NCBI RefSeq assembly: GCF_963921235.1
Contig: NC_086097.1
Span: 96,164,001-96,228,000, forward strand
Source of the DNA: Mobula hypostoma
Lineage: Eukaryota
Length of the DNA: 64,000 nucleotides
Direction of reading: 5' to 3'
Shown here: positions 1 through 11,712 of the stretch, in pieces
Layout: each line of letters opens with the position of its first letter
How positions within the stretch are numbered: position 1 is the first letter of the stretch
Position numbers and translations under genes: made by a program
The notes under the pieces: generated by a model
Told to the model about the DNA's origin: nothing
The model's database searches: none
What the model saw: the letters and a program-made list of their open reading frames with translations, nothing else

Positions 1-1270
1 CATGAAGGTGAACCCTTGCAAGGTGACAAGCCTCAATGGTCCACCTGGTAAGGCTCTGTAAACCTGTGCCAACCAACTGGCAGGTGTGTTCAAAGACATT
101 TTCAGTTTCTCATTGCTAGGGTTGGAAGTTCCCACCTGCTTCAAAAGGGCAACAATTATATCAGTGCCCAAGAAGAGTAGGGTGATTTTCTTTAATGACT
201 GTCATCCAGTAGCACTGACACCTACAGTGATGGACTGCTTTGAGAGGTTGGTTATGGCTAGAATCAAAACCTGCCTCAGGAAGAACCTGGACCATTACAA
301 TTTGCCTATCACCACAATGGGTTTACAGCGGATGCATTTTTCATTGGCTCTTCACGTGGCCTTGGATCACCTGGACAGTACTAATTCTTATGTCAGGCTG
401 CTGCTTATTGAATACAGCTCAGCGTTGAACACAATCATTCCTACAGTTCTGTTCAAAATACTCAAAAACATGGGTCGATCGGAAATAACTTTTCCACCTT
501 GCTGATAATCAACACTGGCGCACCTCTGCAATATGTGCTTAGCCCACTACTTTACTCTCTCTACACCCGTGACTGTGTGGCCAAGCACAGCTCAAATGCC
601 ATCTATAAATTTGCTGATGATACAGCTATTGGCAGAATTTCAGATGGTGACGAGTAGACATGCAGGAGCTAGATAGATCAGCTGGTTGAGTGGTGTCATA
701 ACAATAACCTTGCACTCGTCATCAGTAAGGCCAGGGAATTGATTGTGTACATCTGAAAGGGTAAGACAAGGGAGCAGAAGGGATCAGGAGTGGAGAGAGT
801 GAGCAATTTCAGGTTCCTGGGTGTCAACATCTCTGAGGATCAATCCTGGACCCAACATATTGTTGCAGTTACAAAGAACAGTGGCTCTATTTCATTAGGT
901 GTTTGAGGAGATTTGGTATGTCACCAAAGGCACTCGCAAATGTCTACAGATATACTGTTGAGAGTGTACTAACTGGCTGCATCACCATCTGGTATGGTGA
1001 GGGTGGCGGGGCAGGAAGTTTTAAACTTAGTCAACCCCATCATGGGCACTAGCCTCCCAGCATCCAGGATCTCTTCAAGGAGCAATGCCTGAAAAAGGTG
1101 ACATTAATCGTTAAAGACCCTTATTGCCCAGGACATGCTCTCTTCTCATTACTACCATATATTACTTGCTATAATTTACAGTTTTTATTATAGATTTCAG
1201 TGTAGTGCTCCACATAACAGCAAATTTCACGACACATGCTAGTGATATTAAACCTGATTGTGATTCTGAG
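1..1270 (+). mobile_element. Rex1/Babar-type LINE, decayed RT region and 3' tail
   Basis: ORF 86-505 reads FKRATIISVPKK..PVALTPTVMDCFERLV. YKFADDT is encoded at ~604-624. The element ends in gatattaaacctgattgtgattctga and carries frameshifts and stops. Confidence 0.85.
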
Positions 1271-1339
1271 AAATGCAAGCTAAAGCTTGGCCAGTTCAAG
1301 AATGCCAAAAGCAGAGACAACCAAGTGACTATATAACAT

Positions 1340-2190
1340 AAACACGAGAAAATCTGCAGATGCTGGAAATTCAAGCAACACACACAAAATGCTGGTGGAA
1401 TGCAGCAGGCCAGACAGCATCTATAGGAAGAGGTACAGTCGACGTTTCGGGTCAAGACCCTTCGTCAGGACTAACTGAAAAAAGAGATAGTAAGAGATTT
1501 GGTAGGGGGAGGGGGAGGGATGAAGCTAAGAGCTGGGAAGTAGATTGGCAAAAGGGATACAAGGCTGGAGAAGGGGGAGGATCATGGGATGGAAGGCCTT
1601 GGAAGAAAGGAAGGGGGAAGAGAGCACTAGGGGAAGATGGAGAACAGGCAAGGAGTTATTATAAGAGGGAAAGAGAGAAAAAAAGTAAACAAATTAAAAA
1701 TTAGGGATTCTCAATTCCCCCCTTCTCTCAATTCCTCCATCTCCGCCGCATCTGCTCTCAGAATGAGGCTTTTCATTCCAGGATGAAGTAGATATCTTCC
1801 TTTTTTAAAGAAAGGGGCTTCCTTTCCTCCACCATCAACTCTGCTCTCAAACGCATCTCTCCCATTTCACACACATCTGCTCTCACCCCATCCTCCCGCC
1901 ACCCCACTAGGGATAGGGTTCCTCTTGTCCTCACCTACCACCCCACCAGCCTCTGTGTCCAACATATAATTCTCCATAACTTCTGCCATCTTCAACGGGA
2001 TCCCACCACCAAGCACATCTTTCCCTCCCCACCCCTTTCTGCTCTCTGCAGGGATTGCTCCCTACGCGATTCCCTTGTCCATTTATTCCCCCCCCCATCC
2101 CTTCCAACCGATCTCCCTCCCGGCGCTTATCCTTGTACGCAGAACAAGTGCTACACCTGCCCTTACACTTCCTCCCTCACCACCACCTTT
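1340..2190. mobile_element. Penelope-like element fragment: inverted pseudo-LTR (1340-1700, minus) followed by a plus-strand ORF remnant (1710-2185)
   Basis: The pseudo-LTR motif aaatctgcagatgctgg..gcaacacacacaaaatgctgg recurs across the window. The plus-strand piece encodes a FSQFLHLRRICS-like PLE RT C-terminal motif. Confidence 0.75.
1437..1472 (-). ncRNA. Minimal type I hammerhead ribozyme motif with intact core
   Basis: The minus strand reads AGUC-CUGACGA-A-GGGUC-UU-GACCC-GAAA-CG-UC/GACU: stem I AGUC:GACU, core CUGANGA and GAAA, stem II hairpin, palindromic ACGU stem III and a GUC cleavage triplet. Confidence 0.8.
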
Positions 2191-2749
2191 GGAGTTATCA
2201 ATGACCCCAATCTTGTCTCCTTGCTGTAGAACCAATGTAATATTAAAAATGGAGTAGCTTTTCTTTTCTTCAGTCCTGGCATTGCTTTGGCCAGCAGTCT
2301 CCAGAACTACAGAAGTAAGCCAGATGATCCCAGATGCAAAGTCAAGTTGCTGGTAGAACTCAGGAAGTCCAGCAACATCTCTGGAGGGAAATGGACAGTT
2401 GATGTTTCAGGTGAGACTCTTCATCTAGATGCTTGTGATCCCAGGTCACTGATCTCTTGCCTGTCCTGAATCAGGGAGGGAAGCTTCTCTAAGTTTGTGC
2501 AAAGAAACAGGCTTCTGTTGAGCTGTGATCATCTCCTGACCGAGGCAAAGCATTTGGGAAAAGGTATTTCAGGGCAGTACCTCGGCAAAACAAAGAATGT
2601 AATATATAATCCAAGCCCAAGTGAAAAAGAAAACTTCTTACAAATTTAAAATTACAGATCTAGGCTTAACTTCACTTTAACTGAAATGGCGATAATTGTG
2701 GTTTATGTGTTTCACAGTCTTTCAGTTAATACTATCTGCATAATTGATG

Positions 2750-4021
2750 TGTTGTGAAGGCATAGGTTTGCAAGCTGAGATGTTCTGGAATTACTCACTG
2801 ATTAAACTGAACAGGAAGTGGTCAATGGTGAAGTATTTTGATGTATTCTGGAGTTATGTGGATATAGCAGGTATTAATTTAAACATGAACCAGGGTTCAG
2901 TTCTTATTGTAAATGTAAATGTGTTCAGGAAGTTTGCAATTTGCCTTCAGTTTTTTTTTGTAAAATTGCAAGCATCAAATTTAAGTTAAAAGCACAGGCT
3001 GTTTCATAGGTTAAGTGATTGCATATGCATCAGCCAAATGTTAAGACAATGGGTTTGTGTTAGTTGGCCTGCATCAAACCAGACCATCAAAGTTATCTGC
3101 ACCGCTGAGTGCAAGCTGGCAGACCAGATAGATGTTGTCACTTAGCATATTAAACACGGTCACAGCTGTAGGCAATCAATTGTATTTGTGTACTGACTCT
3201 GGGACAGCCCTGACAACATTAATTTTGGGTGTCTGGTTCTGTGTTGTCAAAAGGTTTTAGAATATTTATGTTAATTAGTTTCTCCCAAAAGTGCTTGGGA
3301 CCTTCAGAGGTGCCTTATCAATTACAATGTTCCTTTGGGTTTGCGAGCCTCCACTGAGAGTGTCTCCAGATTGATACCTGCTTGTTGTGATGAATAAAGA
3401 CTTCTGTATCACCAGCTTCAGTGTCTCTCCAGTGACTTCCATCACAGTCTTTTTTAAAATTTCAAAATATACTTTATTCAAAAATAAAATTATATACAAT
3501 AAACCATTCAATAACTTTCCATCCTTGACATACATATCCATTGTGGTCTGTACATATCCATACTTATGTCCACCCACCTGGCACTCCAGTTGTTCACCTT
3601 ACCACATCTTTGTTGAGGGGTATACTTCCCACTACCCAACCCCTCCCACTCCCGCGGGTGGAGAAACTATACCGTGGTCCTTCCCCGCCGGGCCCTTGCG
3701 GTGGCTGCATCGAGTTTCAGTGCGTCCCTCAGCACGTACTCCTGCAGCCGAGAATGTGCCAGTCGGCAGCATTCTCCCACCGACATCTCCATGTGCTGGT
3801 AGGTCGTCAGGTTTCGGGCTGACCAAAGAGCATCTTTCACCGAGTTGATGATCTGCCAGCAGCACTGGATGTTGGTCTCCGTGTGCGTCCCCAGGAACAG
3901 CCCGTAGATCAGAGAGTCCTCTGTTACGCAGCTGCTGGGGATGAAACGTGACACTAGCCCGTCCATCCTCCTCCACACCCTCTTTGCGAACTGACAGTGT
4001 GCAAAGATCACAGTCACAACA
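2750..4021 (+). mobile_element. Probable solo LTR interrupted by a LINE fragment
   Basis: Termini TGTTGTGA (2750) and TCACAACA (4014-4021) are perfect 8-bp inverted repeats. Flanks are gatg/gaag (3/4 match). AATAAA lies at ~3393, close to the reconstructed 3' end. Confidence 0.45.
3450..4006 (-). mobile_element. 5'-truncated Tx1/L1-clade LINE 3' end
   Basis: Minus-strand ORF HCQFAKRVWRRM..LIYGLF..VKDALWSARN resembles a Tx1-type ORF2 C-terminus. AATAAA and an A-tail lie at 3450-3480. There is an exact 9-bp TSD, ATCACAGTC (3441-3449 and 4007-4015). Confidence 0.85.
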
Positions 4022-4344
4022 GAAGCAAGCTAAATACCTAACCACAACAGAGATGGGAAATAAATCAATGCCCTTGTGTACTGCAACATGTAGCACATGA
4101 TATTAGAGGGAAGCTGATTTTCAGAGCCTCGTAGGCAAATATTACATAATCACTGCTGGTTTGGCTCAGTAATGGGTGCCCAGAGCCCAAGCGGACAGAA
4201 AGCCCAGCTAATAAATGATATGTAGAACACACTCTAATGTTCAGCAGCCAATCAGGGCTGTGGATCATACAGCAGACTCTACTGAGAATAAACCTTTCTC
4301 GCTTCCTATCCATTTTTATCCTCTCAGTAATAACAGCAGAGTGC

Positions 4345-4605
4345 CACAGTAGCGCAGTGGTCAGTGCAACCCTGTTACACCTCAAAGCGTTTCAGAGTTC
4401 AATTCTGGCACCATTCGGTAAAGATTCAGTGTATGTCCTCCCCCTGGAATGTGTGGGTTTTCTCTGGGTCCTCAGGTTTACTCCCATGGTCTGTAAGACC
4501 TACTGGGTCATTGTAAATTGTCACGTGGTTAGGTTAGGGTTAAATCAGGTGTTGCTGGGATGGCGTGGTTCGAAGAGCCAGAAGGGCAACTCTGCACTGT
4601 ATTAC
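4345..4605 (+). mobile_element. tRNA-derived SINE
   Basis: A-box-like agcgcagtggtcag, B-box-like gagttcaattc and the core gtgggttttctctgggtcctcaggtttactccca. Confidence 0.65.
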
Positions 4606-4739
4606 TAAATAAATACATTTTTAAAAAGAAATCATTCACATGGTGCTTCCAGAATAGGACAATGTGCCAAGTCAGTGAAGAATTCGTATCAAACCAGAGG
4701 AGGGAGGGAGGAAACCTCGTGGCAGGTGACAAGAAAGTT

Positions 4740-6622
4740 GGGTTTTATGAATGATAGTGATCTACAAGATTATAAGGCTAGCAGGAAGGAGCTTAAGAAT
4801 GAAATTAGGAGAGACAGAAGGGGCCATCAGAAGGCCTTGGCAGACAGGATTAAGGAAAACCCCAAGGCATTCTACAAGTGTGTGAAGAGCAAGAGGATAA
4901 GACATGAGAGAATCAGACCAATCAAGTGTGACAGTGGAGAAGTGTGTATGGAACTGGAGGAGATAGCAGAGGTTCTTAATGAATATTTTGCTTCAGTATT
5001 CACTACGGAAAAGGATCTTGGCAATTGTAAGGATGACTTACAGTGGAATGTAAAGCTTGAGCATGTAAATATTAAGGAAAAGGATGTGCTGGAGCTTTTG
5101 GAAAGCATCAAGTTTGCTAAGTCACTGCGACCCGATGGGATGTACCCCAGGCTACTGTGGGAGGTGAGGGAGGAGATTGCTGAGCCTCTGGCGATCAGCT
5201 TTGCATCATCAATGAGGACGGAAGAAGTTCCGGAGGATTGGAGGGTTGCGGATGTTGTTCCCTTATTCGAGAAAGGGAGTAGAGATAGCCCATGAAATTA
5301 TAGACCAGTGAGTCTTACTTCAGTGGTTGGTAAGTTGGTGGAGAAGATCCTGAGAGGCAGGATTTAGGAACATTTGGAGAGGCATAATATGATTAGGAAA
5401 AGTCAGCATGGCTTTGTGAAAGGCAGGTCATACCTTACAAGCCTGACTGAATTTTTTGAGGATGTGACTAAATCCATTGATGAAGGTAGAGCAGTAGATG
5501 TAATGTATATGGTTTCCAGTAAGGCATTTGATAAGGTACCCCATGCAAGGCTTATTGAGACAGTAAGGAGGCATGGGATCCAAGGGGACATTGCTTTGTG
5601 GATCCAGAAGTGGCTTGCCCACAGAAGGCAAAGAGTGGTTGTAGAAAGGATTCTGCATGGAGGTCGGTGACCAGTGCTGTGCCTCCGGCATCTGTTCTGG
5701 GACCACTATTCTTCGTGATTTTTATAAATGATCTGGATGATGAAGTGCAGGGATGGGTTAATAAATTTTCTGATGACACTAAGGTTGTGGGTAGTGTGGA
5801 GGGCTGTCAAAGGTTCCAGCGGGACATTGATAGGATGGAGTTCAACCCAGATAAGTGTGAAGTGGTTCACTTCGGTAGGTCAAATATGATGGCAGAATAT
5901 AGCATTAAAAGGTAAGACTCTTGGCAGTGTGGAGGATCAGAGGGATCTTAGGGTCCAAGACCATAGGCTGCACAGGTTGACTCTGTGGTTAAGAAGGCAT
6001 ACGATGCATTGGCCTTCATCAATCATGGGATTGAGTTTAAGACCCAATAGGTAATGTTTCAGCTCTATAGGACCCTGGTCAGACCCCACTTGGAGTACTG
6101 TGCTCAGTTATGGTCGCCTGCAGGAAGGATGTGGAAACCATAGAAAGGGTGCAGAGGAGATTTACAAGGATGTTGCCTGGATTGGGGAGCATGCCTTATG
6201 AAAACAGGTTGAGTGAACTCGGCCTTTTCTCCTTGGAGTGACGGAGGATGAGAGGTGACCTGATACAAGTATACAAGATGATGAGAGGCATTGATCGTGT
6301 GGATAGTCAGAGGCTTTTTCCCAGGACTGAAATGGCTAGCACGAGTGGGCACAGTCTTAAGGTGCTTGGAAGCAGGTACAGAGGAGATGTCGGGGGTAAG
6401 TTTTTTTTACCTAGGGAGTGGTGAGTGTGTGGAATGGGCTGCCGGTAACGGTGGTGGAGGCAGATACGATAGGGTCTTTTAAGAGACTCCTGGACAGGTA
6501 CATGGAGCTTAGAAAAATAGAGGGCTATGGGTAACCCTAGGTAATTTCTAAGGTAAGGACATGTTTGGCATAGCTTTGTGGGCCGAAGGGCCTGTATTGT
6601 ACTGTAGGTTTTCTATGTTTCT
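4740..6622 (+). mobile_element. CR1 LINE, 5'-truncated ORF2 with 3' tail
   Basis: Encodes [40 protein letters not shown] and KFSDDTK with stops and frameshifts. Ends in ttctatgtttct. Confidence 0.95.
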
Positions 6623-7159
6623 AAGCAAAGAGAAACCCAGAGCATAGACAGGGCTACAATGAGAGGGCAAAGGAAGTTGGTGTGGACAGGAAAGTGGAAC
6701 TGGAACAAGACAGAGACTCAGGTGGTTGAAATTATAGACTTGATGAAGAGTGAGTCAACTGGGGGGGGGGCGGTGTGCAATTGGCTCCAATGGATTTGGA
6801 ACCATTTTTAGCCTCTCCCCATGGCTCAGTAATACGTATGTCAAGACTTGATGTTGTAAGATATTGACTCTTGGGTCATTGGAATGGGGTCTGATCTACA
6901 CGTGCAGAATAACATAGGAAGTAGGATCTCTGCCTCATCTAACTTACTCCTTCCAAACCAGACTTGTAAAGATGGGCTGAGTAATGTGTGTGTGGCAAAA
7001 GAAACTCAAATAGTGTATTGGACAGAATGTGGTAATTTAATTCCTCTTTGCTCCCAATAGAATTCAAGCAAGAGATGTTGAATTAGGACACTTGTCCATA
7101 CAAAACTATCTTATAATGGAGGCAAGGAGGGAGGAATGGGATGTAAGAGTGGTTTACGG

Positions 7160-7465
7160 CAGGGTTGGTACAGTGGTGTAGCTAGCATAGCTCCAATGAC
7201 CAGGGATCATTGACCCCCTGATCATTGGCCTCGTGGAATTTGCAAGTTCTCCCTGTGGCTCCGTGAGTTTCCTGCTACATTGTATAGACATACGGGCTGG
7301 TGGGTTAACTGGCGACTGCAAATTCCTCCAGGTGTACAGATGATTGGTAGAAACTGGAGGGCGATGATGGAAATCTGTGGAGAACAGAATGGGATGAGGG
7401 AGGGTGATGCATGTGGTGGTTTGACGGTCAGGATGGTCTCAGTGGGTCAAAGGGCTTGTCCCTGC
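7160..7465 (+). mobile_element. tRNA-derived SINE, decayed
   Basis: Head ggtacagtggtgtagc and core ttgcaagttctccctgtggctccgtgagtttcc, with a CR1-like tail (gggtcaaagggcttgt). Confidence 0.55.
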
Positions 7466-8304
7466 AGTTTGAGTTGAGTCTCGTTATGAAGTACTGGAGA
7501 GGGTGTAGGGGAGTTTTAGAAAGAACACAGCAGAGCTGTGAGACTGTATATATCACAAATGATGAACGGGCTGGGGCTGTTTTCTCTTGAGAAATATGCC
7601 GAAAGGTCTTTAAAATTTACTTAAGCTTTGATAGAGTGAATGCAGTGAAAAATGTTTCTAATTGTGGGCAAAATATAAACCATAGGCCACCAATACCATG
7701 ACATTCAGATAACAGTTCTTTACCAAAATCAATGGTGAGAATGTGGAACTTGTTACCACAGGGAGTGGTTGAAACGTACAGTACAGGCTAACCCTGTCCT
7801 TTGGCAGATTGGGAAACAGAGATGCATCCTTACAGAATTCACAAATCATGATCCAAGAATCTGTGACAGAGGTAAATAAATAAACAAATTAATTTTCAAT
7901 TTTTGTTTGTTGACACATGCACAGATGACAAGGCTTTACATTATGGGAAATCATGATACAGATAATTTTCTAGGAACTCAGCAACCCCCACCCCCATAAC
8001 GTGGAGGTCAGCTGCATGGGAGGATGGGCAGGCATCTGAGGGAGAACAACACTTCGAGTTCTGCTCCAGAGTCTGAGTTGAGTTGAGGTTGGGAGGAAGC
8101 TGGAGTGGAGCATAAATGTCAACAAGGACTCCTTGGGGTTGGATTGTTTCTGTGTTGTAACGCATCTCAAAGCCCCCCTGCACTTTACCTGCTATAGCGC
8201 CGGTGAGCAGTTTGGTGTACTACAGTGTTCCGAGGATAGGCTACAAAGATAGTCCCTTTCTCTCTTTGCACCAAATTCTGCCAGCACACAAATATAGTTA
8301 GCTA

Positions 8305-10480
8305 GATAGAACAGTACAGCACAGAAACAGGCCATTCGTTCACAATGTTGAGCCAAATCAGCTAAAAAGTAAATTAAAAACACCCAAACGCTAATCTCTT
8401 CTACCAACACAATGTCCATATCCCTCCATCTTTCTTACATCCATGTGTCTATCCTATCCAAATTTCTCTTAAAAGCCTCTAATGTATTTGTCCCTACCAC
8501 CATACCAGTCATCTTGACTCTCTGATTTAAAAAAACCTTACCTCTCATATCCCCCTTGAACTTACCCCACCTCATCTTCAATATACACCCTCTGATATTA
8601 GACATTTCAACCTGGGAAACGGATATTCTCTCTCCACTCTATCTATGCCTCTCATAATCTTGTAAACCTCTAACAGATCTCCCCTTAGATAAGCTCTCCA
8701 GAGAAAACAACCCAAGTTTATCCAGCCTCTCATGATAGTACATACCGTCTAAACCAGTAAGCAATACTCTGGACATGGCCTAACCAGAGTTTTATAAAGT
8801 TGCAGCATAACTTCTTGACTTTTGAACTCAATGCCTCGACTAATGAAAGCAAGCATTCCGTAAGCCTTCTTAACCACCCTATCGACCTGTGTAGTGGCTT
8901 TTATGGAGCTATGAACATGGATCCCAAGATCTCTCTGCTCAGCAACACTGTTTAGAGTCTTGCCCTTAACAGTGTACTGTCTCCTTGCATTTGCCCTACT
9001 GAGGTGCAACACCTCACATGTATCTGGGTTGAATTCCACCTGCCAATTCTCAGCCCACATCTACAACTGATCTATAGTGCACTGTATTTTTTGCCAGTCT
9101 TCTACACTATCCACAACTCCACCAATCTTGGTATCATCACAAATTTACTCACCCACCCATCTACATTTTCATCCAGGTCATTTATATACATCACAAACAG
9201 CAGAGGTCCCAGCACAGATCCCTGCAGAACTCTACTAATTACAGACCTCCAGCTTGAATAAGTCCCTTCAACCACTACCTTCTGCCTTCAATGCGTAAAC
9301 TGGTTCTGAATCCAAACAGCCAATTCGCCGTGGACCCTATGCATCTTAATCTTCTGGATTAGCCTCTCAGGAGGAACTTTGTCAAATGCTTACTAAAATC
9401 CATGTAGGTAACATCCACTGCTCTACCCTCATCAATGTGTCTCTCTCGTCACCTTGACAAAAAACTCGATCAAGTTGGTAAGGCATGACCTGCCACGCAC
9501 AAAGCCATGTGGTTTAATTTGGGTCATGGGTTTCCAAATATTCGTATATCCTATCCCGAAGAATTTTCTCCAGCAACTGACCTGAGAATCACCAGTCTAT
9601 AGTTCGCAGGATTTACCCTTGATCCCTTCTTAAATAGTGGTACAACATTAGCCACTCAACAGCCCTCTGGGACATTGCCTGTGCCTAGAAAGGACACAAA
9701 GATACTGGTCAAGGACCCAGTCAGGCTCTGGGGACTTATCCACCTTAATTCTCATTTGGCGGCCTAATGACCCCTAAACCTAAACCTAAACCTTGACCCC
9801 TAAACTCCCTAATGTATTTATACACTCAGCACTGATCTCCTGGCCCTCCCTATCCTTTTCCACAGTCAATAAGTACCTCACTCTCATTCTCTGCATCCAA
9901 ACAATTGCTCCCCCCTTTATCCTTGAGTGGTTTTACCCTCTCCCTAGTTATCCTTTTACTCCTAATGCCTTGGGATTCACCTTAATCCTACTTGGCAAGG
10001 ACTTTTCATGGCCCCCCTGGGCTATCCTAGTTCTTAGTTCTTCTCTGGCTTCTTTATAATCCTCATGTGCTTCACTTGATCCAAAACTTCTGAAGCTTTA
10101 CATACTTGTCCTTTTTCTTCTTGATTAAGTTAGTCATCTCTCTGGACATCCAAGGTTCTCTTATCTTTCCATCCCCGACCGTCCTTCTAACAGGAACATA
10201 CCTTTCCTGTACACTGTGCAATTGATCTTTAAACACCCTTCACGTGTCTGATGAGGATTTACTAGAGAAAAGGTGTTCCCAATTAATGCTTTTTAGTTCC
10301 TGCCTAATGCCCTCGTAATTTGCCCTACTCCTGTTTAAAACTCTCCCACAAGGACCATATCTATCCTTACCTATAGCTTTCCTGAAAGTTAAGGAGTTGT
10401 GGTCATTGTTCCCTAACTGTTCACCCACTGAAAGATCAGTCACCCGGTCAAGGTCATTACCCAACACCAGCTCCGGTTCT
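8305..10480 (-). mobile_element. CR1 LINE, decayed ORF2
   Basis: Minus-strand ORFs WAENWQVEFNPDTCEVLH..LYKTLVRP and LVLGND..GEQLGNNDHNSLTF. The 3' tail is at ~8305. Confidence 0.9.
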
Positions 10481-10484
10481 ATTG

Positions 10485-10852
10485 AAGCAGTATTTATGGT
10501 TCTGGACTCTTCTGTTCTCAACAAAGTCTTCTGTATTTACTCCAGCAAACAATCTACCACCAAGGTCAGCTCCCAACATGTACATGTTGGCCTCTATTCT
10601 TGCTGTTGGTTCAGTTCTGCACCAGGATATCCATGACCTACTGCATCAGATTTCTGAATGAATGGTGAGCCCATGTACTCTGCCTCTCTATTTTTCTTTT
10701 TGCTGTCTTTTTGCACTATTTATTTAATTTATTTTTAAGTATTTCTTATTATAATTTATAATTTCTTAAATTATGTGTTGCAGTTTACTGCTGCCGCAAA
10801 ACAACAATTTTCACAACATATGCCAGTGATATTAAACCAGATTCCGATTCTG
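10485..10852 (+). mobile_element. Rex1/Babar-type LINE 3' remnant
   Basis: Ends in ttcacaacatatgccagtgatattaaaccagattccgattctg, the same tail as at 1225-1270. Confidence 0.65.
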
Positions 10853-11585
10853 TAATTGTCAGGCTTCAGACTCCATTGCTAAGGAATTTATAACCCCATG
10901 GAGATCGGTGGTGATTTCATCTCACTTGCACTTTCTAGAAGTGGTCAGTAGGTGGCAATAAGACAAGGCTTCAATGGCACTTTTGCTTAGGGACCCAGTT
11001 GCAATTCATTCTGTATAATAAGCTCACTCACGGAGCTACAAAATCCCCTCTTCCTTTTCTGTTCTATGCAACATTCCACCTCACGCCTTGAACGCATTTA
11101 GCACGAAAGCTACCTAACTATTAAAGCTGGGATGCTGGTCCAGAATTGAAAATGTTTAGGCACTGCCTACTTCCAAATCCATTCAGACTTGGCTATTAAA
11201 ATGACAACCCTTGAAGTAATAAGTCTAGACCTCAGGATTACATTACCATGTACTAAACATATATAAAGGAGTATTAATCTTAACTTCAACAGCAGGATGA
11301 AACATTGGCCAACATGGCATTGTACCCTCAAGGTCAAACAAAACTCTTTCCAAATCCACCCTAAACAATGGGGCATCTGTTATCCAAAGTTTCTTTTTTT
11401 ATATATAAACTATGTTCAAAATTAGACAACACTGAAGATCCAGGCACTTCTAATCATCTTTCTTGGGATTAAATCAGAAAACTAACCCCTGGGATGAGAG
11501 GGTTGTCCCATCGTGACCAGTTAATGATGTTAGAATTACAGAAACACCCAGCTGCCAGAGGAAGTTGCAGAGGTGGGTCCATTTG

Positions 11586-11678
11586 CAGACATCCCACCTC
11601 TCCCGGAAGTTCCGGGAGTCTCCCGCAAATTGATGGTGCTACCTCCCTGAAGTGAGTTTTTGCTGGGTAGGATGTCTG
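11586..11678. mobile_element. 93-bp MITE with 6-bp TSD (hAT-like)
   Basis: TIRs CAGACATCC..GGATGTCTG. Exact TSD CATTTG at 11580-11585 and 11679-11684. Related to 58598-59126. Confidence 0.85.
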
Positions 11679-11712
11679 CATTTGTAATGCTTAAAAGGTG
11701 ATTGGACTGATA

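Noticed and set aside
4345..4420. tRNA gene
   Set aside because: Only degenerate A/B boxes followed by a SINE body, with no cloverleaf.
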